Both the position numbers and the translations under genes were made by a program. Positions 45,521 to 56,717 of a stretch of DNA of 64,000 nucleotides are shown in pieces. Source of the DNA: an uncultured Candidatus Saccharibacteria bacterium (GTDB lineage: Bacteria > Patescibacteriota > CPR2 > UBA1875 > CAIMLA01); contig CAZCRI010000001.1 in the NCBI GenBank assembly GCA_964501135.1, positions 192,393 through 256,392 on the forward strand, written 5' to 3'. The notes below the pieces were generated by a model. That model did not search any database and had not been told where the DNA came from. It saw only the letters and a list, made by a program, of their open reading frames with translations. Within the stretch, counting starts at the first letter, position 1, and the number at the start of each line of letters is the position of its first letter.

Positions 45521-47547
45521 AAAAAATAGATGACACAAGAGAAAAAGCAAAGGTTAAACAAGCTAGAGAGTGTTATTTAGAATTGGCCAAAGTTTACGCT
45601 GCAAAACTTTCTGCTGCCGCAAAGCTTGACCCCAAAGTACTCTCAATAGCTCACGATATCGCAAATATTGGCGTCAACCTCGCTGCCATTGATTCGAAGG
45701 CAGTAACCGATTTTTATTCCAAACTATTAGCAACCTCAAGAATCGACAAGAGATACCACGACGTAGTAATAGAGACCAAGAAGGCTAAAAATGCGCTCGA
45801 TATAGCATCGCATAAGCTTTTCAATGCTCAGGTGGACCTAGCGCTCGCGACTAGCGGACTGCCCAAAAAGAAGCATAATCTAGGAGTCGCCAAAACTGCC
45901 GACTACATAAACGATAAGAAGACTACTCTGATCGAGAAAATTGCCTACGCCTCCTCCTATATCCAGGACGAAATCCTTGCACTTTCAGCAATGGCATCTC
46001 GAGGTGAAGTGGTGATTGATAACGGAAATATTGAAGGTACTTCCAAACCAGCAAGGGCATATTTAAAAAATTTGGGGAAACTCATTGTTGAACGAGTTAA
46101 TGATCATTATTTTGGTCCGAAATCACTTGACATCAAGCGAATATATATTGATTCAAATAATTCAGGGATGGGACCGTTGCAGCTAATAACTCATCTAGGT
46201 GATGCAGAGCACCGCAGAGAGCTAGAGAGACGAATTGCTGACGGCGATGTAGTGATGCGTCTTGGGGAGATCGAGCCCATTACTACAAAAGGTGAAAAAT
46301 ACTTGCAGCTCCTCTCCGAGGAATTGACAGCAATACTTGATAAGAACCTCGAAGAGCAGCTTCTAAATTCTAGCCAAGAAGCCCTAAGGGGGGATGACTT
46401 ACTCAATACAATATTTGGGGTAGTGGATCAGTTCGAGGACAGACTTGCGAAACACTTACAAATTACCGCAAGGTATGATTTTGAGGGTGACTATTCGGGC
46501 GCAGTCGAAAATTACAGAGAGAACATTTCCCGGTTTGTGAGTGATAAGAAGCAAATACAGGAAGACATTGACCATATTTCTCGAGCAGCTCTATCGATCC
46601 GAAAGAAGCTTATAATTCTCGCTGGGCATGATGAGGTCTTGGTGGAAGATTCTTTGCCGGTCCTTACGGCTCTAAATTTACTATCTAAATACGAGCAACA
46701 ACTAGACCAGAGAATCGCAGCTTTGGCGGCACGGGCTAGCCTTCGCTTACCAAATACCCACCACGCCGCTGCTAGTCTTTCTGACATTTTAGAAACCTAT
46801 AGTAGTAAAGACGATGCGGATTCACTAGCTGTTTTAGAGTCTGAGATTTCGAGTATTCTTTCGTCTCGTGTAAACACTAGTGATGATCTTGAGGCAACGA
46901 TTCGTTGGGTTCTGGGTCATTCGGAGAACATCCAGGCATACCTTTCAGCTGCCAACGAACTCGATTCTCTTAGGGCATATCTTTCTAGCTATGTAGGTCG
47001 TGAAGACCGTCTATATAGAGGGAATGAAATTGTTGAGACCGTGCTCTCGGAAATTGTTGAGAAGGAAATTGAACGCCGTGAGTTACTCTCAGAGATTATT
47101 CATGAAGTGCAACTTTGTCACAAGAAGTTGTGGCTTGCAAATATTCGAAGTGGAAACAATGAATATCTGGACAGAAATTATTCAGGGAAGAAATTACCAC
47201 TTAAGCAAGCCCGGGATATAAATATTCAAATTATCAAAGAAATCGAGGGCGAAATTTCGGCGATGATTCAGTCTTATCGAGAGCGTCATGACGCACACGC
47301 GAAGGAGTTTCTTACCACACTAAAGCAACTTTCAGCCAAGGTCGCAAGTGGTCAGGACGTCTCAGTAATCGGTGCAGAATTACGACGTGAATACCGTGAA
47401 ATGGAGCAAGCACATCGTGAGGACTTATCTCGCTTGGAGCTAGAAATGAAGCGACTTGATAGGCAGCTTATAATGCTCCCAGAAAAGTCACGAAAAGCAA
47501 TCGAAAAAAGCCTAATTTCAGACATCAAAAAAAGGGTAATTTCGTAG
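45517..47547 (+). CDS. Hypothetical alpha-helical / coiled-coil protein (676 aa)
   Basis: Start overlaps the ATPase stop (ATGA). No TM. No recognisable domain. Confidence 0.5.
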   Translation: MKKIDDTREKAKVKQARECYLELAKVYAAKLSAAAKLDPKVLSIAHDIANIGVNLAAIDSKAVTDFYSKLLATSRIDKRYHDVVIETKKAKNALDIASHKLFNAQVDLALATSGLPKKKHNLGVAKTADYINDKKTTLIEKIAYASSYIQDEILALSAMASRGEVVIDNGNIEGTSKPARAYLKNLGKLIVERVNDHYFGPKSLDIKRIYIDSNNSGMGPLQLITHLGDAEHRRELERRIADGDVVMRLGEIEPITTKGEKYLQLLSEELTAILDKNLEEQLLNSSQEALRGDDLLNTIFGVVDQFEDRLAKHLQITARYDFEGDYSGAVENYRENISRFVSDKKQIQEDIDHISRAALSIRKKLIILAGHDEVLVEDSLPVLTALNLLSKYEQQLDQRIAALAARASLRLPNTHHAAASLSDILETYSSKDDADSLAVLESEISSILSSRVNTSDDLEATIRWVLGHSENIQAYLSAANELDSLRAYLSSYVGREDRLYRGNEIVETVLSEIVEKEIERRELLSEIIHEVQLCHKKLWLANIRSGNNEYLDRNYSGKKLPLKQARDINIQIIKEIEGEISAMIQSYRERHDAHAKEFLTTLKQLSAKVASGQDVSVIGAELRREYREMEQAHREDLSRLELEMKRLDRQLIMLPEKSRKAIEKSLISDIKKRVIS

Positions 47548-47698
47548 CGCTTTTTGCTTGTATTTGTGCTTAAAGTAAACTAAAATATTAGTATAGAAAC
47601 TCACTGTTTCTGGTCTTTAAATAAATCAGTTTTTGGGTAGCTAGTACTGGAAGTATTTCTAGTGCATTTTATTGAGTATTTCAAAGAAAAGGGAGCAT

Positions 47699-49771
47699 AT
47701 GGTTGATAAATCCAAAGGCACTTATGACGCCTCCTCGATCCAGGTCCTAGAGGGCCTACAGGCCGTCCGCAAACGTCCGGGTATGTATATCGGTGGTACC
47801 GGTAAAGAGGGTCTACATCATCTTATCTGGGAAATTGTTGACAATGCTATCGACGAAGCGATGGCCGGGTTTGCTGACACCATTGGTGTCATAATCCATG
47901 CCGACGGAAGTGTCTCTGTCGCCGACAATGGTCGTGGTATCCCGATCGATAAACAGAAGCAGACGGGCAAGAGTGCTCTAGAAACAGTGATGACTATTCT
48001 CCACGCCGGTGGTAAATTTGGCGGCGGCGGATATAAAGTTTCTGGTGGACTCCATGGTGTGGGTGTCTCGGTTGTGAATGCCCTTTCTACTCATGTCCGG
48101 GCAGAGGTTCGTAAAGACGGTAAGATTTGGGTTCAGGAATACAGGGATGGTGGTGTTCCGGTTGGGCCACTAAAGAGTGTTGGAGAAACCAAGGAAGACG
48201 GTACGACAATCACCTTCACTCCAGATGCTAGTATCTTTGACACCACTGAATTTGACTACAACGTGGTTTTGGACCGTATTCGACAGCAGGCTTACCTTAC
48301 TAAGGGCGTAAAGATTAAGCTCACCGATGAGCGTGTCGATAAAAGCTACGGGTTCTACTTCGAGGGCGGTATTAAATCGTATGTAGACCATTTGAATCGT
48401 AGTAAGAATTCGGTAAATGAACCGATATTTTATGTCGATAAATCGGCAGATAACGTTAATGTAGAGCTTGCAGTTCAGTATACGGACGGCTATACCGATA
48501 ATGTCCAAACTTTTGCCAATAACATTCATACACCAGAGGGTGGTACACACCTTACTGGTTTTAGAACTTCACTTACTCGTACGCTCAACGATTACGCTCG
48601 TAAAAATAGCTTACTCAAAGACAACGAAGGTAATCTCACGGGGGATGATGTTCGCGAAGGTCTTACGGCAGTAATCTCGGTAAAGCTCGCTGACCCACAA
48701 TTCGAAGGCCAGACAAAGGCCAAGCTTGGTAACCCAGAGATTGCAAACATTGTGCAGACTATTTTTACTGAATATTTCTCATACTATTTAGACGAGAATC
48801 CAACCGAAGCAAAGAAAATCATCAATAAATGCTCCCTCTCTGCTCGTGCTCGTATGGCCGCTCGGGCCGCACGCGACACCGTGATTCGAAAGGGCGTACT
48901 AGAAGGGATGACACTTCCTGGTAAGCTCGCTGACTGTTCTAGTAAGAATGCCGAGATTTCAGAAATCTATATTGTAGAGGGAGATTCGGCTGGTGGCTCT
49001 GCAAAGCAGGGACGCGATCGCCGCTTCCAGGCAATTTTGCCTCTTCGCGGAAAAATTCTTAACGTTGAGCGAGCGCGTATGGATCGTATGCTTGCTTCTG
49101 ACGAGGTGAAGAATCTTATCATCGCTCTCGGTACTGGTATTGGCGAGCAGTACGACCCGGGCAAATTACGATATCATCGCATCATCATAATGACTGACGC
49201 GGACGTTGACGGTGCACACATTCGGGCATTGCTACTCACTCTTTTCTATCGTCACTTCCCTGAGCTTATTCTAAACGGTAACGTTTATATTGCTCAGCCA
49301 CCACTATATAAGATCCAGAAGGGCAAAACCAAATTATATGCACACGATGATGCCGAGAAGGAAGAAATTCTCGCTGAGATGGCGCAAACCATGAAGGATA
49401 AAGCGCAGAAAACCGAGGATGGACTCTTCGCAATCACCGAGGTTGGCGCTGAGGGTGAGGTTCTAGAAGGCGAGAATGAAGAACCAGAGGAAAATAATGA
49501 TCTTTCGGAATCACACAGTGACGACGGAGTAGATTCTGATCTTAAGATTCCTGGGGTTTCAATCCAGCGCTACAAGGGTCTCGGTGAGATGAACCCAGAG
49601 CAACTCTGGGAGACCACTATGGATCCAGAAAATCGCGTTCTTTTGCAGGTCACTGCAGATGACGCCGAAAAAGCCGATGAAATATTTACTATCCTTATGG
49701 GTGACGAAGTAGAACCTCGTAAAAGATTTATCCAGACTCACGCTACAAACGTGAAAAATCTGGATATCTAG
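47699..49771 (+). CDS. gyrB: DNA gyrase subunit B
   Basis: GHKL ATPase motifs ([32 protein letters not shown]), the Toprim EGDSAGGS and [10 protein letters not shown] motifs, and an acidic insertion before the C-terminus. AAAAGGGAG RBS. Confidence 0.95.
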   Translation: MVDKSKGTYDASSIQVLEGLQAVRKRPGMYIGGTGKEGLHHLIWEIVDNAIDEAMAGFADTIGVIIHADGSVSVADNGRGIPIDKQKQTGKSALETVMTILHAGGKFGGGGYKVSGGLHGVGVSVVNALSTHVRAEVRKDGKIWVQEYRDGGVPVGPLKSVGETKEDGTTITFTPDASIFDTTEFDYNVVLDRIRQQAYLTKGVKIKLTDERVDKSYGFYFEGGIKSYVDHLNRSKNSVNEPIFYVDKSADNVNVELAVQYTDGYTDNVQTFANNIHTPEGGTHLTGFRTSLTRTLNDYARKNSLLKDNEGNLTGDDVREGLTAVISVKLADPQFEGQTKAKLGNPEIANIVQTIFTEYFSYYLDENPTEAKKIINKCSLSARARMAARAARDTVIRKGVLEGMTLPGKLADCSSKNAEISEIYIVEGDSAGGSAKQGRDRRFQAILPLRGKILNVERARMDRMLASDEVKNLIIALGTGIGEQYDPGKLRYHRIIIMTDADVDGAHIRALLLTLFYRHFPELILNGNVYIAQPPLYKIQKGKTKLYAHDDAEKEEILAEMAQTMKDKAQKTEDGLFAITEVGAEGEVLEGENEEPEENNDLSESHSDDGVDSDLKIPGVSIQRYKGLGEMNPEQLWETTMDPENRVLLQVTADDAEKADEIFTILMGDEVEPRKRFIQTHATNVKNLDI

Positions 49772-49783
49772 GAAGGCGAAAAG

Positions 49784-52375
49784 ATGGCAGGAGAAAGCCA
49801 GAGTCCTATCAGATTTGAAGAAATTAAGTTCAAAGACAGCCCGAAGAAGACAGGCAGTAAATCTGTGCCAACCTCTTCGAATACTACAACTTCTCGTATG
49901 CCATATACTTCCGCGACAGTCCATGAAGGCACTGGTACGGGTGGAGGTTCAGGAAGTGTCACAGAGACATCAGGTGGAGGTAAACGGGATGGAGACAAGC
50001 CAGAGGAAGAACAGGCACCGGTAATTCCAACTCCAACCAATGAAGAATTAGGACTTTTGGCAGAAGATAGATATGTAGATAATGAAGGCCGCATGGCTTA
50101 CGATGTCGAAACAGCTCGTAAATACGCAGATCGAGTTGCCGAAAGAGCAAACTCGTACTACGAACAGAGAGCGCAGGGCAGTAGTGATGAAGTTCATGGA
50201 TTTGCAGACCAGGTTGCCGCTAGAGCCGCAGAAATTGCTTCTGCTCGTGTTAGTGAAGAAGACCAGACCGATGAGGGTAAAACCATATCTAGTGCTGCTG
50301 AATTCCAAGAGGCTTCTAGGCAAATTAGTCGTGAAGCTTGGAAAATATTCAAGTCGAAAGCCAAGGAGCGCAAAGGCGAGAAGAAACCTAGCCTAGAAGA
50401 TTACGAAGCCGCCAGGGCTAGCTATTTTGCAGCTACTGAGAATCAGGAAAAAAGCTTGGATATCACAGCGGCCGATTATATGGAAGCCGATACTGAGCTT
50501 GGAGACGAATTCGATGCTTTAAACCAGCCAGAAAACCTAAACCTAGATGGAGGCCCTACCACTGCCGATTATGCCCGTGCTGAAGCGGAGCTTAGGCCAT
50601 TATTCGAGTCGGAGGCGAGAGCAAATGCTGAAAATCACGCTGAAACCCTAAAGGCAGCAAAACGTGCGGGCATCGAATATCGTGACGCAGATATGCTTAG
50701 TGATGCCGAATCCATAGACCACGGTAAAATGCGCGTGGAGAATGCCTTGCCAGTGGAGGAAATGTTAAGACGGGTTGGAATCAGTGAGGCTAGTATTCCT
50801 GGTATTGTTGAACAGATAGAAAAGGGAACACTTAGTGCTGATTTTTACGATAAAATGCCAGAGACGATCCCCATTCCCCCCGAGAATGCCTTGCTTGCTG
50901 AGCTAGACCGTCGAAATGCCCTCAGGACAGTCGATGAGAATGACGAAAACTCTGAAGACCGTTGGTCCGAAGAGATTATTCGTCTTCATGGTATTGCTTT
51001 ACAGAGAATTGAAGACTCTGGGCTGGGGCAGACATTAAACGCAAAGATAGTGGCCGAAAGAGAAGCCGGCGCAAAGAGAAAACGTGCAGAAGCTCTAAAA
51101 ACAGACTGGCAAACTACCGAGGAGCTTTTGCTTGAGACCCTAGCAGATGCAAGGGATGTTTTAGGGGAATTGCAGAGGACCCAGAATAGCAGTACAGAAA
51201 GAGCGGAGCTAGAATCTAAACTCTTAGGACTCGCGGCCTTGCTTAAATCCAGGGAAACGGAAGTCAAAAAGGCAAGAGCTAACGTAGCAAGCTATCTTGG
51301 TGTCGAACCTGGAGCTTCCCAATCTCCAAGCGCTGAAGTCGAGAGTAGGATTTCCACAGAGATTGATAGGGCTATTGCTGGGCGTCATTATGATGCCGTA
51401 TTACGCAGCCTCGGTGAGGCTTCTCTAACTCAGGAGACCTTAGACTTCTTTGAACAAGCCGGCGTCTCGGGGCAGGTAGAGGCAGCATTTAAGCGCATGC
51501 AAGGCAAGAACTTGTTAGCGCGTTTAGGTGAAGCTGTTCAGACGCTTGGCCCTGTAGGAGGTGAAGGCAACGAATACGATATCAATCAGTTAGTCAGTGA
51601 TCCAGATTTGTTACGTAATTTTGCCAAAAGTGAAGCCGGTAAAGAAATCCTGGAATCCCTAGTGAAGAATATGAGGGAATATGAACGCTCCGCAATGAAA
51701 TTAAATAGGGTTGGAGCAGGAGACATTGGCAACCTAGACGGAAACCAGCTGGCTGATCTTATTTATCAGAGGCAAGCATCTAGACTAGACCTAGTTTCTA
51801 ATACTCATCGACTTGCTATAGAAGTACGTCGTGGCGGTGCGCGAAGGTCTTGGGCGGTCGCAGGCCAAGAGATTGTCAGGCAGCTAAAAACTCAGGTCGC
51901 AGCGCGATTCGTAGGTTCTGACGTAGACGGCAGGGGTATGGACGATGAAGCTCGAGTAAGTTACGACACAAGTATTGGTGAGATTGTTGAGAACGGTAGT
52001 AATCGTCGTGCATTAGCCCTTCAATCTCTGCGGGTTGCTGGTTCATATCTAGGAGGTGCAGTAATCCCTGGAGTAATAGTCGGCAGAGACATCTTGCGTC
52101 ATTTTGGGATAGAGCTCGATCGCTCTCTACTGGATGAAAATCGAGCTATGAACGCAGAACATACTGTCATTGGGCTAGAAGAAGGCAGAGACAGTGAGAG
52201 ATTTAGAAACGTTGAAGCCAGAGCCGAGCGCCAGAAGCAATACGAAAACATTGGTTTGATCCGCAGTAAAATAAGGGCGAGGGCTGACAAAGAGTATGCA
52301 GATTGGTCGGACACCCATTACCAAACTATACGGGATCTAGATATGAGGCCGGAGGATAATGATGGAGCTGAATAA
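49784..52375 (+). CDS. Hypothetical highly acidic helical protein (863 aa) located between gyrB and gyrA
   Basis: Long ORF with coding-like composition. No TM. Low-complexity acidic N-terminus (GTGTGGGSGS...). No recognisable domain. Confidence 0.5.
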   Translation: MAGESQSPIRFEEIKFKDSPKKTGSKSVPTSSNTTTSRMPYTSATVHEGTGTGGGSGSVTETSGGGKRDGDKPEEEQAPVIPTPTNEELGLLAEDRYVDNEGRMAYDVETARKYADRVAERANSYYEQRAQGSSDEVHGFADQVAARAAEIASARVSEEDQTDEGKTISSAAEFQEASRQISREAWKIFKSKAKERKGEKKPSLEDYEAARASYFAATENQEKSLDITAADYMEADTELGDEFDALNQPENLNLDGGPTTADYARAEAELRPLFESEARANAENHAETLKAAKRAGIEYRDADMLSDAESIDHGKMRVENALPVEEMLRRVGISEASIPGIVEQIEKGTLSADFYDKMPETIPIPPENALLAELDRRNALRTVDENDENSEDRWSEEIIRLHGIALQRIEDSGLGQTLNAKIVAEREAGAKRKRAEALKTDWQTTEELLLETLADARDVLGELQRTQNSSTERAELESKLLGLAALLKSRETEVKKARANVASYLGVEPGASQSPSAEVESRISTEIDRAIAGRHYDAVLRSLGEASLTQETLDFFEQAGVSGQVEAAFKRMQGKNLLARLGEAVQTLGPVGGEGNEYDINQLVSDPDLLRNFAKSEAGKEILESLVKNMREYERSAMKLNRVGAGDIGNLDGNQLADLIYQRQASRLDLVSNTHRLAIEVRRGGARRSWAVAGQEIVRQLKTQVAARFVGSDVDGRGMDDEARVSYDTSIGEIVENGSNRRALALQSLRVAGSYLGGAVIPGVIVGRDILRHFGIELDRSLLDENRAMNAEHTVIGLEEGRDSERFRNVEARAERQKQYENIGLIRSKIRARADKEYADWSDTHYQTIRDLDMRPEDNDGAE

Positions 52376-52796
52376 GAACGATATTGACGAAATACAGAGG
52401 GTTATCGGAACCTTAAATTTAAATGAGGCGCAGCAAGAAGAGTTGAATGACTTGTTACGTGAGAAGGACTATCTGGGTGCTATTGATAAGATTGATTTTT
52501 ACCTCCAGTTAGAGATTCGCAACCTAGACACGCTTGAGAGGTTTAGGGTAGAGGCGGCGGATAAGGTTCCAAGGGATATCGAAGACGGTAATGCGGTCGT
52601 TCAGAATGTCCAGAAAGCAGCCAAGCTAGCAAATTACTATCTTGAAAATGCGTTGCAACAAGAAGAAGAGGCCGAAGACCAGGCAATTGTTCTGGCGACA
52701 GAGCAGGTGGCGGCTGACTACCTCAAGTTACGAGAAAAGATATTCAGAGATGCGGATGAGGCTGAAATTGAAAAAGTTAAAGATAAGTTAAGATAG
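52359..52796 (+). CDS. Hypothetical acidic coiled-coil protein (145 aa)
   Basis: Overlaps the upstream gene by 17 nt. Followed by the gyrA RBS. Confidence 0.45.
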   Translation: MMELNKNDIDEIQRVIGTLNLNEAQQEELNDLLREKDYLGAIDKIDFYLQLEIRNLDTLERFRVEAADKVPRDIEDGNAVVQNVQKAAKLANYYLENALQQEEEAEDQAIVLATEQVAADYLKLREKIFRDADEAEIEKVKDKLR

Positions 52797-52803
52797 GTGA
52801 GTT

Positions 52804-55311
52804 ATGGCAAAAGAGAAGAAACTGTTAGACGAAAAAATGTTTGGTGAAGAGATCGGTTACGTTCGTGAGCGAGATCTTCGGACTGAAATGCAAGAGAGCT
52901 TTCTCGACTATGCAATGTCGGTTATTGTATCCCGCGCACTACCTGATGTCCGCGATGGCCTAAAGCCGGTACATCGTCGTATTTTATATGCAATGAATGC
53001 CCTGGGCATTCGCTCCAATACTAAATATCGTAAGTCTGCGATGGTCGTCGGTGAAGTGCTCGGTAAATATCATCCTCACGGCGATACTGCGGTTTACGAC
53101 TCTATGGTCCGTATGGCCCAGTACTGGTCAATGCGTTATCCGATGATTGACGGTCAAGGTAACTTTGGCTCGATGGACGGAGACGGTGCTGCCGCGATGC
53201 GTTATACCGAGGCTCGTATGGCAAAGATGGCAGATGAAATGCTCGCCGACATCGATAAAGACACTGTGGACTTTATGCCAAACTATGATGGTAGTCAGAA
53301 GGAGCCAGCGGTTCTTCCTGCTAAGCTTCCGTTACTACTACTCAACGGTCAGCTCGGTATTGCTGTGGGTATGGCAACTAACATCCCGCCGCACAACCTA
53401 GGAGAGTTGGTTGACGGTATTACCACCCTTATCGACAAGCCAGAATCTACGGTCGAGGATCTAATGGAGTTTATCAAAGGCCCTGACTTTCCTACTGGTG
53501 CTCAAATTTATGACCCCGAAGTAATTAAGCAGGCGTATGCTACGGGTCGTGGCTCGATTATTATGCGTGCGGTTGCAGAAATCGAGGAAGATAAACGTGG
53601 CCAGCAGCGCATTGTAGTTGCTGAAATTCCATATCAGGTAAATAAGGCCACTCTTATTACTCGTATCGCAGAGCTAGTAAAAGAGAAAACCATTGTCGGA
53701 ATCTCTGACATTCGTGATGAATCTGACCGCAAGAACCAGGTTCGTATTGTGATAGAGCTCAAAAAGGAAGCCTTTGCGAGTAAGATATTGAATCAGCTTT
53801 ACAAGCTCACGCAAATGCAAAGCAACTTTGGCGTCAATATGATTGCCCTTGTTGATGGTATTCAGCCACGAATTATGACACTCAAGTCTATCCTAGAGGA
53901 GTTTATCAAGCACCGCCAAGTAGTGGTTACGCGGCGGACCCAGTTTGAACTCAAGAAGGCCAAGGATAGAGCTCACATCCTAGAAGGATTACTGAAGGCC
54001 CTCGATAATATCGACGAAGTTATCGCTACAATCAAGAAATCAGCGACTCAAGACGAGGCAAGACAGAACCTGATCAAGAAGTTTGGTTTATCCGAAGTCC
54101 AGGCGAATGCAATTCTTTCTATGCAGTTACGCACCCTCGCTGGGCTTGAGCGTAAGAAGATCGAAGACGAATTTGCTGAGCTCATGAAACTTATTGCTTA
54201 CCTCGAGGATCTGCTTGCACACCCAGAGAAAGTCCTCGGTGTTATCAAGGGTGAACTTCTGGAAATCAAAGAGAAGTATGCAGATGAACGCCGCACCAAA
54301 CTTGTTGGTCACGCTCTAGGGAAGTTTAACGAAATTGATCTGATTCCAAATGAAGATGTGATCGTCACAATGACCGAAGGTGGCTACATCAAGCGTATCC
54401 TCAGCTCTACCTATCGAGCACAGGGCCGTGGTGGCAAGGGAATCTCTGGCACCAGCCTCAAGGAAGAGGACGTCGTAGAGCATCTTCTGCACGCAAGTAA
54501 TCATGACACAATTCTTTTCTTTACCAATCAGGGTAGGGTATTCGCCAATAAGGTCTACGAGCTTCCAATGGCATCGCGTATTGCCAAGGGTTCCCCAGTG
54601 ATTAATGTTGTCCAGCTAGCTCCAGAGGAGAAGGTAACGGCAATCTTGACTCTTGCGAAATTCGAAGGTGAAGGCAATCTCTTTATGGCCACGAAGCTTG
54701 GTACTGTAAAGAAGACGCCACTTTCAAACTTTGCAAACATACGTAAGACCGGCATTATCGCCATCGGTCTGGACAAGGGCGATGAGCTCAAGTGGGTCGA
54801 GGCTACCAGTGGTAGTGATGACGTGATTATGTCCACCAAGCAATCGATGGTGATGAGATTCAACGAAAAAGACGTCCGCCCAATGGGACGTAATGCTCGT
54901 GGCGTGCGTGGAATCCGACTAAAGAAGGACGATGAAGTAGTCGGAATGGACATTGTCGTTGAGAAGAGTGAGCTGATGGTAATCATGGAAAATGGTTATG
55001 GTAAGCGTACTGCGATAGAGCAATTCACCCCTCATCATCGTGGTGGCGTCGGCATCAAGGGCGGCGTTGTGACCGCAAAGACCGGAAGCTGTGTTGATGT
55101 TCGGGTAATTACCTCTACCGAGGATGATTTAATGATCATTAGTAACGGGGGACAGATTATCCGTGTTCCACTCTCAAGTGTTTCCAAGATCGGACGTGCT
55201 ACCCAGGGAGTTCGAATCATGAAGCTTCCAGATGGCGAAACAGTTTGTTCCGTAGCTCTGGTACATGAACCAGAAGAAGAAAACGAACAACTCACTATAG
55301 CAACCGAATAA
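52804..55311 (+). CDS. gyrA: DNA gyrase subunit A
   Basis: [28 protein letters not shown], the active-site Tyr region, the QRD-like region [17 protein letters not shown], and a C-terminal beta-pinwheel. 835 aa. Confidence 0.95.
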   Translation: MAKEKKLLDEKMFGEEIGYVRERDLRTEMQESFLDYAMSVIVSRALPDVRDGLKPVHRRILYAMNALGIRSNTKYRKSAMVVGEVLGKYHPHGDTAVYDSMVRMAQYWSMRYPMIDGQGNFGSMDGDGAAAMRYTEARMAKMADEMLADIDKDTVDFMPNYDGSQKEPAVLPAKLPLLLLNGQLGIAVGMATNIPPHNLGELVDGITTLIDKPESTVEDLMEFIKGPDFPTGAQIYDPEVIKQAYATGRGSIIMRAVAEIEEDKRGQQRIVVAEIPYQVNKATLITRIAELVKEKTIVGISDIRDESDRKNQVRIVIELKKEAFASKILNQLYKLTQMQSNFGVNMIALVDGIQPRIMTLKSILEEFIKHRQVVVTRRTQFELKKAKDRAHILEGLLKALDNIDEVIATIKKSATQDEARQNLIKKFGLSEVQANAILSMQLRTLAGLERKKIEDEFAELMKLIAYLEDLLAHPEKVLGVIKGELLEIKEKYADERRTKLVGHALGKFNEIDLIPNEDVIVTMTEGGYIKRILSSTYRAQGRGGKGISGTSLKEEDVVEHLLHASNHDTILFFTNQGRVFANKVYELPMASRIAKGSPVINVVQLAPEEKVTAILTLAKFEGEGNLFMATKLGTVKKTPLSNFANIRKTGIIAIGLDKGDELKWVEATSGSDDVIMSTKQSMVMRFNEKDVRPMGRNARGVRGIRLKKDDEVVGMDIVVEKSELMVIMENGYGKRTAIEQFTPHHRGGVGIKGGVVTAKTGSCVDVRVITSTEDDLMIISNGGQIIRVPLSSVSKIGRATQGVRIMKLPDGETVCSVALVHEPEEENEQLTIATE

Positions 55312-55320
55312 CCAATAAAA

Positions 55321-55345
55321 AGAGACCCTACAGGGTCTCTTTTTA
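55321..55345 (+). terminator. Rho-independent terminator after gyrA
   Basis: AGAGACCCT-aca-GGGTCTCT followed by TTTTT. Confidence 0.8.
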
Positions 55346-55375
55346 TTACCGTGAAACAAAAATGTTTCACGGTAA
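55346..55375. repeat. Perfect 13-bp-arm palindrome, TTACCGTGAAACA-aaaa-TGTTTCACGGTAA
   Basis: Directly follows the gyrA terminator. May be a second hairpin or a protein-binding operator. Confidence 0.5.
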
Positions 55376-55412
55376 TGTATATTATTTAGCCATAAAAGGG
55401 TAAAATATAGCT

Positions 55413-56258
55413 ATGACATGGCAATTATTGGTATTAATAAGTGTTATTGCGGGATCCTCATCGGTGATCTTGCAAAAACGATTAGCAGATAAGCGGCTGG
55501 ATCCAATAGCCTATGCAATTGCCGTACAATTTCTCTCAGCTGTAATATTAGCCGTAGTCCTGGGCTTTACCGGTTTTGATTTTGGTGGAATGCTACGTTT
55601 CTGGCCAAATCTGATATTAATGGTGCTTTTGTGGTCTGGCTTCAATGCCTTAAACCTTTTTGCTCTAAAAAAGGTTGAAGCTTCTCACTTTATAATCCTT
55701 TTTCAGACTAGGGTTTTCTGGACATTGCTTGTCTCGTTGCTCATTATGAACGCAAAGTTCACCGCTCTCAACCTAGCAGGATTAGTTTTGATCACGGTCG
55801 CAGTTATTATTGCAACACCGAAGGCAAATTTTGGCACCCTAAATCGTAACGATTTCTATGTATTTTTAGCTGCGATGTTCTTTGGCCTTGGGATTGCCAA
55901 TGACGTCGTTGTCCTAAAGGGTGTAGCTAGTCCGATTACCTATTCATTTTTGACTTTGATTTTACCCGCAATTTTCTTGGCAGTTGCTTTCCCAAAGGCG
56001 CTTAAGAAGTTTGGATTTTTGACAGACAAAAAAGTAGCGGTAGAGTTTTACGTTACGACAGCCTTGGCTGCCCTGACTCTAATGGCAACTTACACCTCTT
56101 TCAAGATTGGTAACCCGGCGATTATTACATCAATTTCACAGATAGGTTCCGTGGTAGTGGTTCTGCTTAGTATAGTCTTTTTAAGAGAAAGAGATCGGAT
56201 CCCGCTAAAGATATTCGCGGCCCTGGTTTCTTTTTTTGGTTTATTACTACTAGTTTAA
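55413..56258 (+). CDS. EamA/DMT-family transporter (10 TM)
   Basis: Two EamA-like halves with GSSSVILQKRL and hydrophobic repeats. 281 aa. Confidence 0.7.
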   Translation: MTWQLLVLISVIAGSSSVILQKRLADKRLDPIAYAIAVQFLSAVILAVVLGFTGFDFGGMLRFWPNLILMVLLWSGFNALNLFALKKVEASHFIILFQTRVFWTLLVSLLIMNAKFTALNLAGLVLITVAVIIATPKANFGTLNRNDFYVFLAAMFFGLGIANDVVVLKGVASPITYSFLTLILPAIFLAVAFPKALKKFGFLTDKKVAVEFYVTTALAALTLMATYTSFKIGNPAIITSISQIGSVVVVLLSIVFLRERDRIPLKIFAALVSFFGLLLLV

Positions 56259-56267
56259 TTAAAAGGC

Positions 56268-56316
56268 TGTCCAGTGCCGCGCATATCATGCGCGGCACTG
56301 GGTCTTGGACAGCAGC
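56268..56316 (-). terminator. Long GC-rich hairpin between the EamA gene and cassette 4
   Basis: CTGTCCAGTGCCGCGCAT-atc-ATGCGCGGCACTGG..GGACAG. Confidence 0.5.
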
Positions 56317-56717
56317 TACTTGATGGCAGCCTCGTAGAGATTGCCGATACCTACGGCTTCCATGATGGAACGGAGAGCGAGCATCTGCGTCGCGGAGGTC
56401 ATCTCCTCTTTGCGCCAAGATGCCGGGAACTCCGAGTAGAGCCGGGAAGCATTGATCCCGTCTGCGATAGAGCCTACGGCACAGGCGGCGATAGCACAGG
56501 TGTCGTAACGCCCGAGGAGTGCAATCACCGGACGAGTGTTCGCGCTGGCGATTGCATCCCCGATTACGAGGCCAAGCATGAAGCCGTCTTCGTCTTTGCT
56601 GTAGCTCTTCTCGTGGATGTGCAGTTTCTTGTAGGTGTCCAGCTTCTGCTTGTAGTACTCGCTGATGCTTGCGTAAAGCTCATGGATCTCGGCTTGCAGC
56701 CTTACAAGTCTCTGGTT
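56316..56717 (-). CDS. Hypothetical protein (134 aa) in GC-rich cassette 4
   Basis: Start taken at MNQRLV with a GAGAGGGG RBS. Contains LGLVIGDAIA...GRYDTCAIAACAVGSIADGI, only faintly reminiscent of ADP-ribosylglycohydrolase motifs. Too short to assign. Confidence 0.35.
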   Translation of the reverse strand, partial: NQRLVRLQAEIHELYASISEYYKQKLDTYKKLHIHEKSYSKDEDGFMLGLVIGDAIASANTRPVIALLGRYDTCAIAACAVGSIADGINASRLYSEFPASWRKEEMTSATQMLALRSIMEAVGIGNLYEAAIK

